From Leptotrichia sp. OH3620_COT-345 (GTDB lineage Bacteria > Fusobacteriota > Fusobacteriia > Fusobacteriales > Leptotrichiaceae): 24,000 nt of DNA. Shown here in pieces: positions 20,469 to 24,000 of this stretch. The position numbers and the translations under genes were made by a program. The notes under the pieces were generated by a model. It had not been told where the DNA came from. It ran no database searches and saw only the letters and a list, made by a program, of their open reading frames with translations. Location of the stretch: positions 113,243-137,242 of the forward strand of contig NZ_RQYW01000006.1 of the NCBI RefSeq assembly GCF_003932895.1, in the 5' to 3' direction. Every line of letters starts with the position of its first letter. The stretch's first letter is position 1.

Positions 20469-21617
20469 ATGATTATAAAAAATGCCAGAATCTTTGATGG
20501 AGAAAAATTTATAAATAAAAATACTGTTATTATTGAGGGAAAGAAAATAAAGAAAGTAATGAATGAAACGGATTTATCCGAGAAAGATACTGATGGACAG
20601 CAGATAGTGGATCTGAAAGAAATGGTTTTATCTCCGGGATTTCTGGATTTACAGTTAAACGGATGTGGAGGAGTTTTATTTAATGATAATATTTCAAAAG
20701 AAACGTTGGAAATAATGAATGAAACAAATAAAAAATTCGGATGTACTTCATTTTTACCTACATTAATAACATCTCCTGATGAAAAAATAGAAAAAGCCTT
20801 GAAACTTATGGAAGAAATAAAGGATAAAGAAGAAATAGGAGTTTTGGGACTGCATATAGAAGGACCTTATATAAGTGTAGAGAAAAAAGGGATACATAGA
20901 CCTGAATATATAAGGGTTCTTTCCGATGAAATAATACAGAAGATAGCCGATGCAGGATCCGAAGTAACAAAAATAATAACGATAGCTCCCGAAAAAGCTG
21001 AGATAAAACATTTGAAAATATTAAAAGAAGCAGGGATAAATATATCAATAGGGCATACAAACGCTACTTATGAACAATGCATAGAAAAAAAGGAATACTT
21101 TAACGGTGCTACTCATCTTTACAATGCTATGAGTCCTTTGGAGTCTAGAAATCCAGGAGTAATAGGATTTCTATTCAATAATGATACGACAAATTGTGGA
21201 ATAATAATCGATGGATTTCATATGGACTATGCTTCTGCCGAAATTGCAAAAAAAATATTAGGAAAAAGATTATATCTTGTAACTGATGCAGTAAGTCCTG
21301 CAGGAACTGATAATATGACAGAATTTATATTTGAAGGAAATAGAGTGTTATATGAAAATGGAAGATGTTTCTCACCTTTGGGAACATTGGGAGGTTCAGC
21401 TCTTGTTATGATTGACGGAGTGAAAAACCTTGTAGAATATGTTCATGTTTCTCAGGAAGAAGCACTCAGAATGGCGACTTCATATCCTGCAAAAGCAATT
21501 TCCGTGGATGATAGATATGGATATATAAAAGAAGGATATATAGCAGATTTGACATATTTTGATAAAAACTACAAGGTAAAAGGAACAATAGCAAAGGGAA
21601 ATCTTACAGAATATTAA
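20469..21617 (+). CDS. nagA: N-acetylglucosamine-6-phosphate deacetylase
   Basis: Amidohydrolase motifs: PGFLDLQLNG, GLHIEGPYIS, GHTNAT, THLYNAMS and DGFH. ATG 20469 has GGAGGGAGG 7 nt upstream. The TTG at 20451 in the ORF track lies inside that RBS region. Confidence 0.93.
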   Translation: MIIKNARIFDGEKFINKNTVIIEGKKIKKVMNETDLSEKDTDGQQIVDLKEMVLSPGFLDLQLNGCGGVLFNDNISKETLEIMNETNKKFGCTSFLPTLITSPDEKIEKALKLMEEIKDKEEIGVLGLHIEGPYISVEKKGIHRPEYIRVLSDEIIQKIADAGSEVTKIITIAPEKAEIKHLKILKEAGINISIGHTNATYEQCIEKKEYFNGATHLYNAMSPLESRNPGVIGFLFNNDTTNCGIIIDGFHMDYASAEIAKKILGKRLYLVTDAVSPAGTDNMTEFIFEGNRVLYENGRCFSPLGTLGGSALVMIDGVKNLVEYVHVSQEEALRMATSYPAKAISVDDRYGYIKEGYIADLTYFDKNYKVKGTIAKGNLTEY

Positions 21618-21638
21618 TTTTCAGAAAAAGAGGGAAAA

Positions 21639-23228
21639 ATGGAAAAAAGTGTGTTACAGGAATTGAATAATATCAGTTCATTAAAATCAAGAAGAAAAAG
21701 TTCCGTTTTAATATTTTTCTGTTTTTTGACAGGAATTATATCAGGAATTGCGGTTGTTTCTTATACGATACTATTGAATAAAATTTCTGAATGGAGAGAG
21801 AGCCTTCTGACAGATGTGTCTTTAGGAAAAATTATATTTGGGCTTTTTCTATTTATGTTAATAGGAGTAACAGTACAATTAATGATTTTTAAGTATCCTT
21901 TGATTGGAGGAAGTGGAATCCCTCAAGTCAACGGACTGTTACAGAGAAAAATTGAATTTAACTGGTTTCCGGAATTAATATGTAAATTTTTTGGAGGTAT
22001 TCTTGCAATAGGGGCAGGAATGTCATTAGGGAGGGAAGGACCGTCCATTCATCTGGGAGCGTTGATAGGAGAAGGGATAAATAAATTATCCAAAAGACCT
22101 AATGTAGAGCAGAAATATCTTGTTACATGTGGAGCAAGTGCAGGACTTGCAGCTGCATTTAATGCTCCTCTTGCAGGAACGATATTTGCATTGGAAGAAT
22201 TACATAAGTTTTTTTCTCCTCTTCTTTTGATTTGTGTCCTCGTGGCAAGTGGAGCTTCTAATTATGTATCAAGGCTTATATTAGGATCAAAGACTGTTTT
22301 TGAACACAATTTTGTCCTGCCCGACCATACTTCTCCGTTATTTGCCGTTATAATTACTGGAATTTTCTGTATTATTATAACATTAGCGGGAAAAGGATTC
22401 AGTTTCTTTTTGGTGTATTTTCAGAAAAAGTATAAAAATATAAAACTGAATAAATATTTGAAAATATCCTTTTTTATGATTACAGCATATACGGTGTGTA
22501 TATTTTTCAAGGATATAACAGGCGGAGGACATAGTCTGATAGAGCATATGTTTCATTCAGGAATTCCATTAAAATTACTTCTTGTTATTTTAATACTGAA
22601 ATTTTTTTATACTATGTTAAGTTACAGTACCGGATTTCCCGGCGGTATATTTCTTCCCATGCTTGTAATAGGAGCTTTAATAGGAAAAACCTATGGACTC
22701 ATTTTAGTCAATTATTTTTCAGTTTCAAATGAATTTATAGTTCATTTTATGCTTCTCGGAATGGCAGCTTATTTTACAGCAGTAGTAAGAGCTCCTATAA
22801 CGGGAATAATACTTATATTAGAAATGACAGGAAATTTTTCATATTTGTTTTTATTAATTGTAACTGTTACAATAACATATGTTTTAACGGAATTTCTCAA
22901 ATTGGAACCGATTTATGAAATATTATTTGAAAATATGTTTACAAGGGAAAAAGAAATTTATTCAGGTTCTGCTGAAAAAGCAGAAAATAAAATTGTAACT
23001 CTTTTAATACATGTCGGTGCCGATTCTGAATTTGAAAATAAAAAAATAAAACAATTAAATCTTCCGAAAAAACTTTTAGTTGTAGGTGTTAGAGAAAATA
23101 GAAAAGAATATATACCTGATGGTGAAACTTTAATAAAAAGCGGAAATCATCTTGTAATTATAACAGATTACAATACAGCTCAAAAATATGCGTATAAGTT
23201 GAAAGATAAAGGAATAAAAATTTTATAA
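21639..23228 (+). CDS. clcA: ClC family voltage-gated chloride channel / H+-Cl- exchanger with C-terminal TrkA-C (RCK_C) domain
   Basis: ClC selectivity motifs GGSGIP, GREGP and GGIFLP, with about 10-12 hydrophobic helices. The C-terminal ~80 aa (TLLIHVGADSEFENKKIKQLNLPKKLLVVGVRENRKEYIPDGETLIKSGNHLVIITD) resemble a TrkA-C regulatory domain. Confidence 0.9.
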   Translation: MEKSVLQELNNISSLKSRRKSSVLIFFCFLTGIISGIAVVSYTILLNKISEWRESLLTDVSLGKIIFGLFLFMLIGVTVQLMIFKYPLIGGSGIPQVNGLLQRKIEFNWFPELICKFFGGILAIGAGMSLGREGPSIHLGALIGEGINKLSKRPNVEQKYLVTCGASAGLAAAFNAPLAGTIFALEELHKFFSPLLLICVLVASGASNYVSRLILGSKTVFEHNFVLPDHTSPLFAVIITGIFCIIITLAGKGFSFFLVYFQKKYKNIKLNKYLKISFFMITAYTVCIFFKDITGGGHSLIEHMFHSGIPLKLLLVILILKFFYTMLSYSTGFPGGIFLPMLVIGALIGKTYGLILVNYFSVSNEFIVHFMLLGMAAYFTAVVRAPITGIILILEMTGNFSYLFLLIVTVTITYVLTEFLKLEPIYEILFENMFTREKEIYSGSAEKAENKIVTLLIHVGADSEFENKKIKQLNLPKKLLVVGVRENRKEYIPDGETLIKSGNHLVIITDYNTAQKYAYKLKDKGIKIL

Positions 23229-23760
23229 AATATACTTTACTAATTATTGAAAAACTTCTTTTATATAGTAAAATAAAAGTGTTGTAATGCATCTGTTATT
23301 TAATGAAAAATGATTACTTATTTTTTGACTTAATTTTATAAAAGAATTTTAATAAAGAAAAATTTTTCTTCATAAAATATGAAATATTTTTCTTTATTTT
23401 TTATTTATGTAAATAATACACAACTTTTCGTACTTATTATTTAATTAATAAATATAGAATTTAGTATTTTTTTATAAAGTAATTTCGTTTGACAAATCAA
23501 ATTATATTTTTTTACAGTTTACTATTTATTTTATTTTTTAAATTATCAAAAAAAATTTAAATACTAAAGAAAAAAATTAATGAAAAATATTTTGAATACC
23601 TTTAAATATAGGGGATAAATTATAATAATGAGTCTTTTTTTGAAAATTTATTTTTCCTTTTGAATAAGGTATAATTAATTAAAATAATTAAAGAAAATTT
23701 TCATTATGGGTAATTGATAAGTCTTTTTAGAGAATATATTTTGCATAAAAAGGAGGGAGA

Positions 23761-24000
23761 ATGAAAATAAAAAGAAAGAGTCTGCTAAGTACAGGTAGGC
23801 TTGTGTTAATAATGTTTATGCTACTTAGTGCAGTTTCCTTTGCAGATGCCAATTCAGATGCCTTTGCCCAAGTATTTAAAGAAGCGGAGTATAATAGGCA
23901 GAGTAGTAAATGCATTATATTACGGAATGCTGATAGTGTATCGCGGAGTATCTTTAAAATTAAGTCAGCTATGTGGAGGGGTATTATTATTTTTCATGAC
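23761..24000 (+). CDS. Secreted hypothetical protein, 5' fragment (continues past the window end; absent from the ORF track because no stop is reached)
   Basis: A strong RBS, AGGAGGGAG (23751-23759), precedes ATG 23761. There are 80 open codons to the window edge. A typical Sec signal peptide is present: MKIKRKSLLSTGRLVLIMFMLLSAVSFA/DANSD. The 62-aa minus-strand ORF at 23727..23915 is its antisense shadow. Confidence 0.6.
   Translation, partial: MKIKRKSLLSTGRLVLIMFMLLSAVSFADANSDAFAQVFKEAEYNRQSSKCIILRNADSVSRSIFKIKSAMWRGIIIFHD

Noticed and set aside
23355-23370. Perfect 16-bp palindrome AAGAAAAATTTTTCTT as a terminator or operator
   Set aside because: It has no loop, contains a single G-C pair and is low-complexity A/T-run sequence. 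It is easily produced by chance in this composition. It is mentioned only as context in the finding on the last spacer.
23727-23915. 62-aa minus-strand ORF near the window end
   Set aside because: It is antisense to a + strand ORF that has a strong RBS and a textbook signal peptide, so it is a shadow ORF.

Overview
This very AT-rich 24 kb window has every supportable gene on the + strand, and most are housekeeping genes. The order is Firmicutes-like: priA (3' part)-def-fmt, rex-folD-accB, a CorC/HlyC-type CBS transporter, a NUDIX hydrolase, apt-relA, tgt, ylxM-ffh, then a ~1.9 kb almost non-coding gap. After the gap come a DD-carboxypeptidase, murI, ruvA and yebC, then a ~0.67 kb AT-rich spacer. 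A GlcNAc utilisation operon follows (PTS EIICB-nagB-nagA), then a ClC channel with a TrkA-C tail, a ~0.5 kb AT-rich spacer, and the 5' end of a secreted protein that runs off the window. The ORF track omits that last gene because it has no stop in the window. Protein calls rest on catalytic and signature motifs read directly from the translations; no database search was possible. The taxon is unverified; a low-GC lineage such as Fusobacteriota or Firmicutes is only a guess. I found no rRNA, tRNA, CRISPR array, transposase, integrase or recognisable defence system. All minus-strand ORFs in the track look like antisense shadows. The only places that could hide something undescribed are the long AT-rich intergenic regions. 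The strongest is the ffh-dacA gap (12079-14011). It replaces the usual ffh-rpsP-rimM-trmD-rplS continuation and holds an orphan 68-aa ORF, two orphan intrinsic-terminator-like hairpins on opposite strands, and a coupled pair of micro-ORFs overlapped by a predicted antisense transcript, an architecture like a type I toxin-antitoxin or sRNA locus. These are hypotheses from sequence inspection, not demonstrated systems.
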